A DNA stretch of 64,000 bases from Lytechinus pictus (lineage: Eukaryota). The stretch lies in assembly GCF_037042905.1 (NCBI RefSeq), contig NC_087263.1, forward strand, positions 11,782,001 to 11,846,000, written 5' to 3'. Under the pieces are notes generated by a model. That model saw only the letters and a program-made list of their open reading frames with translations, was not told where the DNA came from and did no database searches. Both the position numbers and the translations under genes were made by a program. Numbering within the stretch: the first letter of the stretch is position 1; every line of letters starts with the position of its first letter. This document shows, piece after piece, positions 50,797 to 64,000 of the stretch.

Positions 50797-52579
50797 CAGT
50801 GCGTCCCAAAAAAAACTATACACGTATGAAATCGCTGCCAAATAAAAAACGTAGCACTTTGGGGAAAAAGACTTACATACATGGAAAGCCAATAAAGTCA
50901 ACCTTCAAATGACACCAAAAAGTTGGAAAACTATTCATGCTTGAGCGAGCACTGCCCACTGAAACAAAGGGTATGAAAATTAGGGTGGGCTGGAATTAGC
51001 CTTCCAATTTATGTCAGATTTTGAGAGGCAAATCCTTTCGAACTTGCAAAGTTAAGGGCGTTGTGATAAATTAATGATCAGCCGTGACCAGTTTTGGTTG
51101 CTTAAGCAAACTTTCTAAATCATGAAATTGAACTTTAATGCATCAGTGAACACAAATTACACTTTTTGGGCAGCATTTCAACTTTATCATTTGGCTCTCT
51201 TTTTGGGCAGCATTTCAACTTTATCATGTGGATCTCAGCAATGTGTTCATGGGAGTCGGGAGAATAGGGGGTGAGATAGGAGTTAAGTTGGAGAAGTAGG
51301 TTGATGGGATAAGGGTCAACAGAACATTCAGCCCCCGCCCCCTCCCCCTTTCCCATCCTCCCCTCCTGTTGAGAGACCGATGGCTATTGTCATATACGCG
51401 TGAAGTCCAGAGCAGAATGTTGATTTAATGATTAATTCTGAATTGGGGCATCACCTTTTTCCTATTACTCATTTAATCAAACAATTTATCAGTAAATCAA
51501 CTCATTCAATGTGCAATGTGATCAATCAAACATTCAGTTTTTTCAATAAATTATTTCATTAATCATCATAATCATTAAATTTCTTGGTAATCATTTAATT
51601 AAAAAAATGACCATCAGCCACCGGTCACTTGGCAGTTAAGTTTTGAATAGGCTACAATCCAGGAAGTGAGACAGAGAGAGATAGAGGGGGGCTGGGAAAT
51701 GGAGGTGGAGAGGGGAGGGTACATATGACTTTTTATAAAAGGACAAAAGAAGAGGAATGCCCTTTTAACAAACTCTTAGCATACCTCGCCCTCTTGCTTG
51801 TAACAGGTACCATCACACGCTGACTCTCACGAACACACTTCTGAGGTCCACAAGATGAATATGCTACACTAAAATTACAATTCCTGTTCACTCATGCATT
51901 AAATTTCAATTTAGTAACTCATGAAATTTGCCTAAGAAACCAAAACTTATCTCACTCATTAATTTAGCTTTAATAGCAAGTTCCAAAGGACTAACCACTA
52001 AAAAAAAAACCTGTAAGGCTAATTCCTGCCCAGCCTAGCCGAGCTTAGTCTCTCAGGAGGAGAGAAGCGGGGGGGGGGGGGCTGAGATGGAGAGAGGGGT
52101 TGCTAAATGTTCTGTTGACCTTTATCCCATCAACGTCCTTCACCTACCTAAGTCATATTACCCCCTCTTCTCCTGACTGTCATGAACACATTGTTGAGAT
52201 CCACATGATAAAGACAAAATGCTGCACTAAAAATTGCAATTCATAACCACTCATGCATTAAATTTCAATTTAATAACGCATTAAATTTTCACAAACAACA
52301 AACTGATCTTTAATCCACCAAATATCCCTCAACTTTGCAAGTACCAAACAAAAAAAACCTGAAAGAAATTGGAAGGCTAATTCCGGCCCACTCTAGTTTT
52401 CATACCCTTTGTTTCAGTGGGCAGTGCTCGCTCAAGCATGAATAGTTTTCCAACTTTTTGGTGTCATTTGAAAGTTGATTTTATTGGCTTTCCATATCTA
52501 TAAGTCTTTTCCCCCCAAAGTGCTACATTTTTTATTTGGCAGCCATTTCAAAAGTGTATAGTTTTTTTGGGACGCACTG
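50797..52579. mobile_element. Tc1/mariner-like non-autonomous element with long inverted arms, TA TSD
   Basis: ta|cagtgcgtcccaaaaaaaactatacac ... gtgtatagtttttttgggacgcactg|ta. About 200 bp of near-perfect and about 500 bp of diverged arm symmetry. No transposase ORF. It sits inside a (TAT)n tract. Confidence 0.9.
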
Positions 52580-52779
52580 TACAGTTATTACTATTAGTAT
52601 AATTGTTATCATTATTATCATTATTATTATTATTATCATTACTATTTTCATTATCATCATCAATATTGTTCTGCAGGACATTAAGAATTATGGAAAAATG
52701 GAGTGGAAAACAGAGACCATGTTAAAGATTTAAGGACTATCTTGCTTGCAGATATCAGTTTATTCAACATGGGGAAGTA

Positions 52780-54022
52780 TATTCAAAGAACATGAAAACA
52801 AGGTGCAGTGTCCCACAAGGCTCAGTATTAGGGCCAACAGTGTTTTTATTAATGATCTTCATCAGTTTCAAAGTTTTTTTAATGGTAGATTATTTGCTGA
52901 CGACTCTAATCTTTTTCACACCTTTCCAATTGGACAGGAAAACAGGATTAAATCAATACCAATGAGATAAATACTTTAAAAAATTAAGTACAAAAATACT
53001 GTGTTGCAAATATCAAAAGCTGTACTATCAACTTTCTGAAAACAAAAGTTATGTTAATTAGCAGTAGAAGAAGAAACATTAAGTTGAATGGTAATATTAC
53101 AACAGATGGAGAAGAATTGGAAGAAGTTGATAAAGCAACTTTTGTAGGTATGAGCATCTGTCGTGGAAAGGCCACACACGGATGAAACTCAAGTATACGT
53201 AAGAAAGGGGGAATTTTGTTTCTTTTAAGACATTTTGTACCCAAATTTACTTTGATACTATTATACAAAGCTTTTATAAAGCCACATCTCACTTATGGCA
53301 TTGAGGTGTGGGGGAGTACATACATGTATGTACAAGAGCAGCCTAAATTGTATCTTTCCCCAAAAATGGCAGTGTGTGCAATTACCTTTAGTCACTGCAA
53401 GCTCATTCTCGCCCTTATTTGATGATTTAAAGATTCTTAATGTTTTTGATTTGCATCAGTTTGTACCTTCATGTATGATCTGCGTAATAAAAACCCAATA
53501 ATAACCTACCTCACTCCTTAGCAGATTATTGTAACCTAATTGAGCACAATTACCCTACTAGACAGTAGAAAGACCAAAAAGTAAATCTTTCCAAAATAAA
53601 AACATCTCAAGGCCAAATTTTGCTTTCCTTTCTAGGTAGCGATTTCTGGAATAAAGTACCAGTTGAAATAAAATTGAAGAAATCAAGAAAAGGTTTTAGG
53701 AATTCTGTAAAAATTATTTGTTTTGATAAATTCACACCATCAACATGTAAGTCTACAATATATTATTATTATAATTAAGATGCTTTAAAAAAAGGTTAAT
53801 GATAACCCTTTACAAGGACTATATTGCAATTTATATATTTTTTTCATTCTTAAATGTGCATTTTGTAATATTTGTGGGGCCAGGCTCAACTGGCACTTTG
53901 CTACTTTCTGATTCCATTTACCATGGTATTCTTATACATGTATGTGTAACTGTTATGCAATTTGTTTCATAACCTGTAAACATGTGAATAATGTTGGTAA
54001 ATAAATAAATCAAATCAAAATC
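52780..54022 (+). mobile_element. Decayed 5'-truncated L2/CR1-type LINE
   Basis: VPQGSVLGP, FINDL, LFADDSN, LYKAFIKPHLTYGIEVWGS, FWNKVP motifs. Ends aataaataaatcaaatcaaa. Confidence 0.88.
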
Positions 54023-54297
54023 AGATTTGCTGAATATTAATGTGAATCTAAAATTCTGAATATTTTATCTTAGGCTATCAAACATTGTATTCTTGAAAAA
54101 CAAAGTGAAATGACTTTAAGAATTAATTTCATCTGGTTAAATTTTTGCAAAAAATATCAATTTTACATGTATATCAGATATCAATTGCCCTTTCTTTGTA
54201 ATTTTTATTTTCAAAGGGCACTTCAAACACTTATGAATTAAACTTAGGCCTATAGTATAGACAGAAAGATAAAATGAATATGCAGAACATTATCTTG

Positions 54298-54733
54298 GAG
54301 GCTGTTCTCACTACGTTCCTAAAACTAGTTTACTGGAAACTAGTTTAACGCGTAGTGAGAATGGTCGAAGCGGTCTTGGAAGCGATCTTCCAAACCAGTT
54401 TGAAAAACCACCTCGCGATGTAGTTTTCAAGATCGCTTTGCCTCGTTAAACTGGTTTTAGCGTACCATTCTTTGGGAAGCGATCTTCGCACATTTTGAGC
54501 GCGCTACTCCACACGACAGGTGTAGAATGTCTATGCTGCGGTTTCGAATTTCGCGCAAAACGTGTCACCCCACTGAGAGCGTTTCCATAGCAACAAGAGC
54601 GCTTTACGTGAAGTGATTTTGAAAACCACTTTCGTGTGATCAAGTGGGAACGCTAGCAAAGCGATCTTCCAAAGTGGTTTCCTGAATCGGTTTCCAGTAA
54701 ACTAGTTTTAGAAAGCGTAATGAGAACGGCCTC
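54298..54733. mobile_element. Harbinger-like MITE
   Basis: TIR gaggctgttctcactacgttcctaaaactagtttactggaaac / gtttccagtaaactagttttagaaagcgtaatgagaacggcctc. Confidence 0.85.
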
Positions 54734-54916
54734 TATGAGTCCCTTCATACCTCTCCCCCAAGAGTCCCAAGATCCATCTCTCCCCCAATCTCTTTCTCTG
54801 TCTCTCTCTCTTTCTCTCAAACTGTATTAATCTACACAATCAACATCTCAAATGAGAACATTGACACAGCAGTGCTGTAACTGATTGACCTGTCATGCCT
54901 GTGTCCACTCTGAATC

Positions 54917-56765
54917 ATTTTGAATCACGGAAGAACAATCGTAGATGGAGATTATTGATGGATTAAATAAACCATGGACAACATGCATGTAAACTGGATT
55001 GGTTCAGGATAAATATTGTGCAAGTTTAATGTATGGGTAAATTAACTCATTCAATACATTGTGACATCGAATGTATCAAGCCCTTGGAAAAATAGTTGTG
55101 TAATACACAATAATTACAAATTACAACATTCTACTTTTGTCTCTAGTCTTCTTTTGATCATTGATGATATTTTGAGAGTTTAGTACAATTTCATTGTTGA
55201 ATAATTTAAACAACGCTGTTTACTATGTGCATCGCATAGTAGCTGTTTAAACATTCTAAACAAGCATTTTAAATCTTAAACAACAAAGTTTAAATTCAGG
55301 TAGATGTATTTCATTATCAATAATTTTGAATCACGGAAGAACAATCGTAGATGGAGATTATTGATGGATTAAATAAACCATGAACAACATGCATGTAAAC
55401 TGGATTGGTTCAGGATAAATATTGTGTATTAAAGTTTAATGTATGGGTAAATTAACTCATGAATGCAATACATTGTGACATCGAATGTATCAAGCCCTTG
55501 GAAAAATACTTGTACATGGACAACATGCATGTAAAAACTGGAATGTGACAGGATAAATATTGTGTAAGTTTAATGTATGGGTAAATTAACTCATGCAATA
55601 CATTGTGACATCGAATGTATCAAGCCCTTGGAAAAATAGTTGTACCATGGACAACATGCATGTAAAATGGATTGGTTCAGGATAAATATTGTGTAAGTTT
55701 AATGTATGGGTAAATTAAGTCATGCAATACATTGTGACATCGAATGTATCAAGCCCTTGGAAAAATAGTTGTACCATGGACAACATGCATGTAAAAACTG
55801 GAATGTGACAGGATAAATTTTGTTTAAGTTTAATAATGTATTGGTAAATTAAGTCATGCAATACATTTTGACATCGAATGTATCAAGCCCTTGGAAAAAT
55901 AGTTGCACCATGGACAACATGCATGTAAAAACTGGAATGTGACAGGATAAATTTTGTTTAAGTTTAATAATGTATGGGTAAATTAAGTCATGCAATACAT
56001 TTTGACATCGAATGTATCAAGCCCTTGGAAAAATAGTTGTACCATGGACAACATGCATGTAAAAACTGCATTGGTTCAGGATAAATATTGTGTAAGTTTA
56101 ATGTATGGGTAAATTAACTCATGCAATACATTGTGACATCGAATGTATCAAGCCCTTGGGAAAATAGTTGTACCATGGACAACATGCATGTAAAAACTGG
56201 AATGTGACAGGATAAATTTTGTTTAAGTTTAATAATGTATTGGTAAATTAAGTCATGCAATACATTTTGACATCGAATGTATCAAGCCCTTGGAAAAATA
56301 GTTGTACCATGGACAACATGCATGTAAAAACTGGAAAATGACAGGATAAATTTTTTTTTGTTTAATAATGTATTGGTAAATTAAGTCATGCAATACATTT
56401 TGACATCGAATGTATCAAGCCCTTGGAAAAATAGTTGTACCATGGACAACATACATGTAAAAACTGGAATGTGACAGGATAAATTTTGTTTAAGTTTCAT
56501 AATGTATCGTGGGTAAATTAAGTCATGCAATTCATTGTGACATCGAATGTATGAAGCCCTTGGAAAAATAGTTGTATGATATACAAGAATTACAACATTC
56601 TACTTCTGTCTCTAGTCTTCTTTTGATCCTCGATGAGATTTTGAGTTTAGTACAATTTCACTGTTGAATAATTTAAACAATGCTGTTTACTTTTTTAATT
56701 GCACAGTACTTGTTTAAACAACAAAGTTTAAATTCAAGTACATGTATTTAATTATCAATAATTCT
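54917..56765 (+). repeat. ~405-bp tandem duplication whose second copy contains a 9-unit array of ~130-bp repeats (55378-56575)
   Basis: Unit catggacaacatgcatgtaaa...tcaagcccttggaaaaatagttgtac occurs once at 54973 and nine times from ~55378. Confidence 0.92.
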
Positions 56766-57155
56766 AGCAGGGTTGTTTAAGAAGATTTTAAACACTTGAT
56801 TAAACTGTTAAAACAACTACTGTGTGATTCACATAGTAAACAGCGTTGTTTAAATTATTTTTAACTGGTTGTATTTAACACACACAAATTACAAGATCCT
56901 ACTTTTATCTCTAGTCTTGTCTTTTTATCCTAGATGAGATTTTGAAAGTTTTAGTCCAATTTGTCCTTGTAAAACAAGTTATTTTTAACACACTAAAATT
57001 ACAAATTACATTATTTTACTATTATCTCCAGTCTTGTCTTTGATACAGGATGAGAGTTTGAGTCCAATTGTCCTTGGAAAACGGGTTTAGCAGTCGATTA
57101 GAAATAATATCTCTAGTCTTCTCCTTTATCAATAGGATGATATATTTTTTTTTTT

Positions 57156-57318
57156 GGCCCGTATTCTGAACACTGGTTTAAATACCCTGGTGCACATCCA
57201 ATTTTTTAAACTCATTTGACACTCAATTCATTCCAAGTTCATCATTCTGGAAATGACTGAATTTTAGCACAGACTTAGACCGTGGTCTAAGTTAAACGTA
57301 ACTTCAGAATATGGGCCT
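57156..57318. mobile_element. Harbinger-like MITE, internally deleted
   Basis: ggcccgtattctgaa ... ttcagaatatgggcc. Confidence 0.75.
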
Positions 57319-57415
57319 TTGTGTCCAATTCGTCTCAAGCGCACATATGGATTTTGCTATCTAATTATATGTAAGTTCTAAAGTTATTAGATTATCATAC
57401 ATTCAGGTTGCTTAA

Positions 57416-58020
57416 AAGACAAGTCCACCCCAACAAAAAGTTGTTTTGAATAAAAAGAGGAAAATCCAACAAGCATAGCACTGAAAATTTCATCAAAATT
57501 GGACGTAAAATAAGAAAGTCAATACATTTTTAAGTTTCACTTAATTTCACAAAACAGTTAGATGCACATCCTAGTTGGTTTGCAAATGAGGGGGCTGATG
57601 ACATTACCCACTCACTATTTCTTTTGTATTTTATTGTATGAAATATGAAATATTCTAATTTGCTCCTGTATTGTCCTGCAAAAAAAGTTTTCTCCTCACT
57701 GATCATTTGGATTTATTGTTTTAACATTTTATGGTTACAGTCAAGTTCATCCTTATTGTCAAATATGTGAAAAATGAAATATTGTATAATTGAAACAATA
57801 AACAAAAGAAATAATGAGTGAGGGACATCATCGGCTCTCTCATTTGCATGTCACTGAGTTGTGCATATAACTGTTTTGAGAAAAATAAGCGAAACTTTAA
57901 AATGTCGTAACTTTCTATTTTTCATCCGATTTTGATTAAATTTTCAGCATTATGCTTGTTTTATTTTTTTTCATTTTAATTCAATTCAAATCAACATTTT
58001 TTCTGGGGTGGACGAGGACA
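57416..58020. mobile_element. Kolobok-like non-autonomous element
   Basis: ttaa|aagacaagtccacccca ... tggggtggacgaggaca|ttaa. Internal ctgaaaatttcatcaaaat is shared with 37457-38106. Confidence 0.75.
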
Positions 58021-58224
58021 TTAATGAAATTACTTGCATGTTTACAGTATTTAAAATATCAATGTGAGCTACTTGATATTCGTCTGAAATATCATGAAAA
58101 GAATGCGATACCTCAAATTATTTTTTCCCATCTTCTCTAACTTTTGATTATTTCATTTTTTTTTACAGTGAGTCAATCCAGTCCTCAAATCCATCACGAA
58201 TAACAAATTTGTGAGTGTGTGTAT

Positions 58225-58596
58225 AGCTTGGATTTTGCAAGCAGCTGCCATGGATAATGAGGATATACATACATGTACAAGAAATTTTCATGAATTTCCA
58301 TTTTCAATACCTCAAGAAGACCTAAAATATTGGTTCTCATATTCAAATGTTTGAAATATTGTCTGTTTCATGCTATTAAAATGCAAAAGCAACTAATTTA
58401 TCATTATCTGAGCTTGGATTTTGCAAGCAGCTGCCATGGATAATGAGGATATACATACATGTACAAGAAATTTTCATGAATTTCCATTTTCAATACCTCA
58501 AGAAGACCTAAAATATTGGTTCTCATATTCAAATGTTTGAAATATTGTCTGTTTCATGCTATTAAAATGCAAAAGCAACTAATTTATCATTAACTG
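58225..58596 (+). repeat. Near-perfect tandem duplication, 186-bp unit
   Basis: agcttggattttgcaagcagctgcc... starts at both 58225 and 58411. Confidence 0.92.
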
Positions 58597-58680
58597 AGAA
58601 ATAGCATTTTATGGAATTTAATATTACATATTTCTTGGAATTTGAATAGCTGTTCAAGTTTGATTTTGAGATGGTCATAA

Positions 58681-58929
58681 CCCAGGGGATGGGGGGGGGT
58701 GGTTTCACTGCCATTTGGACAGTGAACAGCATCAGCTACAAAGAAAACACTGAAAAATCAATAAATGAAATCCCTGTTTAGAGTGTTCAAATCTGGTACA
58801 TCTGCACAAAATCTGTTTAGAGTACTAGTGGCATGCCCTTAAATCCTCGTTTAGGGTGCTTTTTTCCGGACGATTTTCGCGGATGCTGTTCACTCTTCAA
58901 TGGCAGTGACCCCCCCCCCCCCCCTCCGG
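58681..58929. mobile_element. MITE with G/C-run TIRs (same style as 1150-1688)
   Basis: tcactgccatt...gtgaacagcatc / gatgctgttcac...aatggcagtga between poly-G and poly-C. Confidence 0.75.
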
Positions 58930-60052
58930 CCATAGTTCTTGGGAGGTCATTGTTATTCATTAGGCGTCAAAGCAGTAGATAATATTCAGCATTTTCAGAC
59001 TGGTGCGAAAGAACCTTCATTACTATTAAGACAAATTAAGTCTCCACCTCAGTGGGTTAAAAGGTAGATTGCTCTTTCCCCTTTCACACCGAATCATTTC
59101 CTGCAAAACTCTCAACCTGAAGTCCAGATACTTTGCGGGGAACGTGCTTGATATTATAGGGGTACGTTATCCTTGATTATAAAGGCAAAGCATGTGCATT
59201 TCTCATTTGATCAAAACATATTGATCAACACATTAAAAATACAGAGAAGTAATGAAATCTAACAATCCTCGGGACAATAAAAATTTGTGTTCTGTACCTA
59301 TTCCAAAAGGGCAAGGTAATTGGGCAATTGTTCATTCGGTAATTTAGTTTTCATAATAAATGAGACACTGCAGCCATTCTTCTAGGCGCATTGGTGACTT
59401 CTTCCAAAGAAGAACTGACAGCTTAATTATTTTCGTCAGAGAGCGGAAAGGGATGCACACCCCCCAGGCAATTAAAACACTGGCAGGTCAACCGGCTTTG
59501 TTCACATTTGAACTGGGGTGTGTTCACGCTATTCTTTTCACCGCTAGTTTTGAACAATATGGGAACAACACAGGGTAAAAAGGTAAAAACCCTATATCCT
59601 GGTAATCTCTAGGAAGTGATCAGATATTGTGTATGAAATTCTCATAAATTCTCATATCCCTCTTTCACATCCCAAGGACATTCAAATGAATGGGTGATAG
59701 GTCATTTCTGTGTTTGCCCCAAAATATTGGAATACATAATTACCTTATAATTTGAAGTCTCCATGGGTATAGTGATTATCAATATTCACATCTTTTTGAA
59801 AATTCATAATTTGTTTGTCCGATATTGTTCATACTTTCACTTAACTATGAATGTAACAGCAATATTAATCTTTTTATTTTCATTTTTTTTGCTTAAACAT
59901 TTTATGGTGTTCCTTGTATTTTTAAAACATTTGTTTTACTATTAGAACAACTTATTACAAATTGTCATAGATGTATTTGTTGAGCACCATGCGTGTCGAA
60001 CAGACATTTCTGTTTTGAAATATTACCTCTCCCCTCACCCGGCCTGAACATG

Positions 60053-60507
60053 GCAATAACCGCTGTTTTTCGTCATGCATAGACACAAAATACAATAGTT
60101 TCTTTACGCTGGATGGGTAGCAAGAAGATACAGTGTACATAACCGTAAAATGCTGGAGATGGTCTATATTAAAACTTGAATGGATCTTTTACTCCTTTTG
60201 CTTGTGAATCATAACACAAACATAGTGCGGCGCCGTGTAAATGCAATATACTCGACAATGAATTAGAATTCACACAATGTTCAGCAATAACCACTGTTTT
60301 TGGTCATAAAGGCATAGACATAAAATACAATAGTCTTTTTACGCGAGATGGGTAGCAACAAGATACATAGAACCGTAAAATGTTGGAGATGGTCTATAAA
60401 CTTGAATGGATCTTTTACTCATTTTGCTTGTGAATCAAAACACAAATTTACTGCAGCGTAAATGCAATATACTCGACAATGAATTAGAATTCACACAATG
60501 TTCAGCA
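60053..60507 (+). repeat. Diverged tandem duplication, ~230-bp unit
   Basis: gcaataacc.ctgttttt...cacacaatgttcagca occurs twice. Confidence 0.88.
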
Positions 60508-61166
60508 GGTAATTCTAAAACATCTCGGGTGGATCAAGAACTACTTGACTTTCTGTCCGCGTACTCAATTTTCTACATGACTTGGGGACAGATTGGCATT
60601 TTCTGGTAGGAAAGTGCCATGACTACACAAAAAGGCAATTACAGTCAACCGTTATCGGCTGACTAGGTAAAAAATAAACATTTCCTCCTCTAAACTAACA
60701 TGTACTACAGAATGAAATTAATGATGTGCGTATAGTGCCTTTCACACCACAAGGGACCCAGTTGATTATTCTGGCTCTAGTGAATTCATGTCACGTTATT
60801 GTTACCTGTACAGGTCTACATGTGCAATACTGTAATTCATGTTTTTTCCACAAGTTTGTGTACGTTCATGTACATCTTGAAATCATAATTTATTAGTTTT
60901 CAAATACAGTACTCATAATGTTTGATTAATAATGATTGTTCATCCCATGAATGAATATAAAGTTATCAACTTTTTTACTTCATAAAGGTAGGCCTACAAA
61001 ATTTATTTAGGTCCACATGATTCATCAAGGGGCAGGAGGGGGGGTATAATTTCCAACTGACCTTTACGAAAAAGCTTGAAATGACCCGAATTACTACACC
61101 AAATATTACAATTACTCGAAAGTCATGTCCTTGAATGTAATTTTTACAGCCCGTTTCATTAGCTAT

Positions 61167-61585
61167 GGGTAAATTGCCAATTTGTCAACTACCAACTCGT
61201 CCACTCACCACATAGTCTACCTTCATTTTTATGGTTTAATGCCATTCTGTCCAACATTTTGTCTAACAACCATTTGGTCCAATAACCATTTGGTCCAATC
61301 ATCACTTCGTCTAATCACCAGTTGGTCAATGACCATTTGGTCTCATAACCATTTGGTCTAATACTCATTTTATTTTCCTTCATTTTGCCCAATTAACACT
61401 TAGTCTAATTAGACCAAATGGTACATGGACTAAATGGCTATTGGACCAACTGGTTTTTAGACGAAATGGTGAGTGGACAAAATGGCAATTAGACAATGTA
61501 GATATTGGACGAACTGATGGTAGACCAAATGATAGTAGATGAGTTGGCAATTGGACGAATTGGCATTGGACAAAATGAAAATTAA
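61167..61585. mobile_element. Foldback/MITE family, full copy
   Basis: Same sequence as 2698-3090. Confidence 0.8.
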
Positions 61586-62219
61586 ACTTTCTATGCCCTT
61601 TTTCAATATTATTTTGGCCAAGATTAATTTTCAGCCATTGCCAAAACAAAACTCAACTTTCCATGACCACGTCGTTTTCTAATCCAGCAAAGAAAGTGTG
61701 AACACTCCCCTGGATTGATACACAGATTGGAGATCTTCAAAACGGGGCCTTCCCATATCGTTCTTGAAGAACCGGAATAGAAAAGAATCGTTTTCAATAA
61801 AGCAATAACCTCGGGACACTTGCCAATATTAGAATGGGCTATTTATTGAGACCCAGACAAAAATAATGAATATCCAACGCATACAGCATGGAGTGAAGGG
61901 CATAACTGATGAAAAAGTGACTTAAAATGAATGTCTTGTGAATAGCAAGATTAAATGCAAAGTCAGGTGGAATTTGAGTTGCTGTTCTGTGAAATATCAA
62001 CCCTCTCTTGAGATATTGCTTCATTTCAATTATCTCAAGGAGTAATCATCCTTGTCGGAGGATGGTAGTGTATAGTTATTTGATGAACAATAACAGAAAC
62101 ATTAAACTGTGTCGGGTGAAGCCTGTATCTTAAGCATAACTGCAGTCATACTATTTTTTTTCTTCATTTATTGAGAGACTTGCAGCATGTGGGTTTTGGC
62201 AGTATTTTTCTTATATATA

Positions 62220-62388
62220 CAGGGGTGGATCCCGGGTTCTCCAAAAGAGGGGGGGGGGGGCACATTTTCCCCCGACAAAAAAAAAAGGTTTTCATGTAAT
62301 ATTTAAGGTAATTTTGTCTGCAAAAATGTGAGAAGCAAAATAAAAAGGTTTTCACATAAAATTTAGGGTTATTTCTGGATCCGCCAGT
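62220..62388. mobile_element. Short MITE
   Basis: caggggtggatcc ... ggatccgccagtg inverted ends. No clear TSD. Confidence 0.55.
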
Positions 62389-62584
62389 GTCTACATGTGC
62401 ATGTCCCTGTCCTTCATTGTTGGTAAGGGTCATATGTGATATGCCATTCCAAAACCAACAATAAGTTGCCCAAAATTATATTTGATATTTCTATAGAGTT
62501 TGAAAAAAACACATTCTAAGCTATAAAATGATATACATTAACTTGTCAAAATTGATCGGTAATAACCCACAAATAATATCTTAA

Positions 62585-63497
62585 AGGGGAATCCAGCCTT
62601 GGTCATAAAATGATGTGTTGGAAAGAAGAAAAATAAATGAAGCAGAATGCTGAAAGTTTGAAAGAAACCAGAAAAGCAATAAGAAAGTCATGGCTTCTTC
62701 GAAATAGAGATCCCTAGGGATATGTAGATTTCAAATTGGCAACTGGGTAAGTAAATTATGACGAGGGGCAAGGACAACTTTCCCATAGGCCATGTTTACA
62801 ATTATCAGGGATTTGTGGTTTTCTCTTAAAGATAAATTCCAGTTGTGGGAACGATCTCAAAATGACTTTTTACAGAATTTAATATAATGATCACCAAAGT
62901 GTCTGTTTGTATGAATAAAAAATATGTGCCAAAGGATTCTGGAAGAAATTGTGTAATTGCTGAGAAATAAGCAAAATAAGCGCGGATTCGGTCATTTCCG
63001 TCGGGTCTTTATTCCAGCAATAATAGTATCTGTGTTGGCGATCTTCAGTGTGATCGTTTTTTAGCTAGATATTATGATTTCACAAAGTTCAGTTAATGTA
63101 ACTGTACCAGATCTAGATCCACAATGATATATCAATACTTTACCTTGGTTTTACAGACTTTTTCACGAAATCAGTGTTTTACTGCAACTACGTTCATTTA
63201 GCTTTAAGTACCCATTCGCCTGGGGCAATAATCTAAAAAAAATTTAAATGACATTTTAACCATTTTATGTATAGGAGTACCTGGAAGAGTAGTGCTTCCC
63301 TTACATCACTATAACATCACATCTGCGGCCAATTTGAAGTCTCCATGGGTATAGTGATTACCAATTTTTACAACTTTTTAAAATTCCTTACTTTCTTATT
63401 GTTTGCCTGATATTGTTCAAACTTTCACCTATCAACTTTTCTGTTTTTTATTTTCTTTTTCCTCTAAAAACAAGTTTTAATTTAGGTCTGATTCCCC
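62585..63497. mobile_element. Kolobok-like element containing a nested second Kolobok-like element (62830-63203)
   Basis: ttaa|aggggaatc ... gattcccc|ttaa. The inner element is flanked by TTAA on both sides. A fragment of the outer family is also at ~59590-59890. Confidence 0.82.
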
Positions 63498-64000
63498 TTA
63501 AATCATATCATTATCATCATAATTATGATCATACATTTATCGTCATCAGCATCATCATCATCCTATAGAATGGCTTGCCATATACTGTATGTAATCAGAT
63601 CCTCTCCATCGCTAGAAACATTCAAACTTAGACTAAAAACCGATCTTTTCCATTATATTTTTTCTTTTCCTTTTTTAAAATCATATTTTTCAAGCACGAC
63701 AGAGCTTTTACAGCGCAGAAGAATACGCACATGTATAGCTTCTGCACTATACATGTATATACATGCATGTAAATCAGTACTGTACAAGCTGTTATTTTCG
63801 CGTACGGATTTTTCGCGATTCGCGGGGGTCCCGACATTTTTACGCGGGTTGTTCAATTCGCGATTCGGAAGATGTACAAAACACTTCCACAGCATTTCAG
63901 AGAAGCAAAACTAGTGCAAACCATGTGCAAAACTATGTTTCTCAAAAACCTTATGCTGATGTGTGCTTTATACATAAATATGTCCCGGTAAAAACAGTTA

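Noticed and set aside
55378..56575. Regular arrays considered as CRISPR-like (also 5163-6290 and 41200-42280)
   Set aside because: Whole units repeat with no unique spacers, the context is eukaryotic, and there are no cas-like genes.

Overview
This is AT-rich, repeat-dense eukaryotic genomic DNA. The repeat families suggest a marine invertebrate, most likely a sea urchin (inference, not verified). Two spliced minus-strand loci can be supported. (1) An EGF + C-type-lectin gene at about 7.9-11.9 kb has four recognisable exons and three separate lesions: TGA at a conserved EGF cysteine, a frameshift in a 5-nt homopolymer, and no convincing canonical donor. It is probably a pseudogene. (2) The last two coding exons (45135-44986, 39739-39715) of an unidentified, apparently intact gene are followed by a probable long 3' UTR. 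The rest is mostly non-autonomous DNA transposons (Harbinger-, Kolobok-, Tc1/mariner-like), two Helentron/HINE-like elements carrying ~160-bp tandem arrays, tRNA-derived SINEs, decayed LINE fragments, local tandem duplications and low-complexity tracts. The low-complexity tracts account for many of the provided ORFs. The most striking structure is an A-B-A templated duplication with junction microhomologies at 17.3-20.1 kb, later hit by a transposon. I found no convincing evidence of a novel multi-gene biological system. Coordinates were counted by eye, and repeat boundaries without stated termini are approximate.
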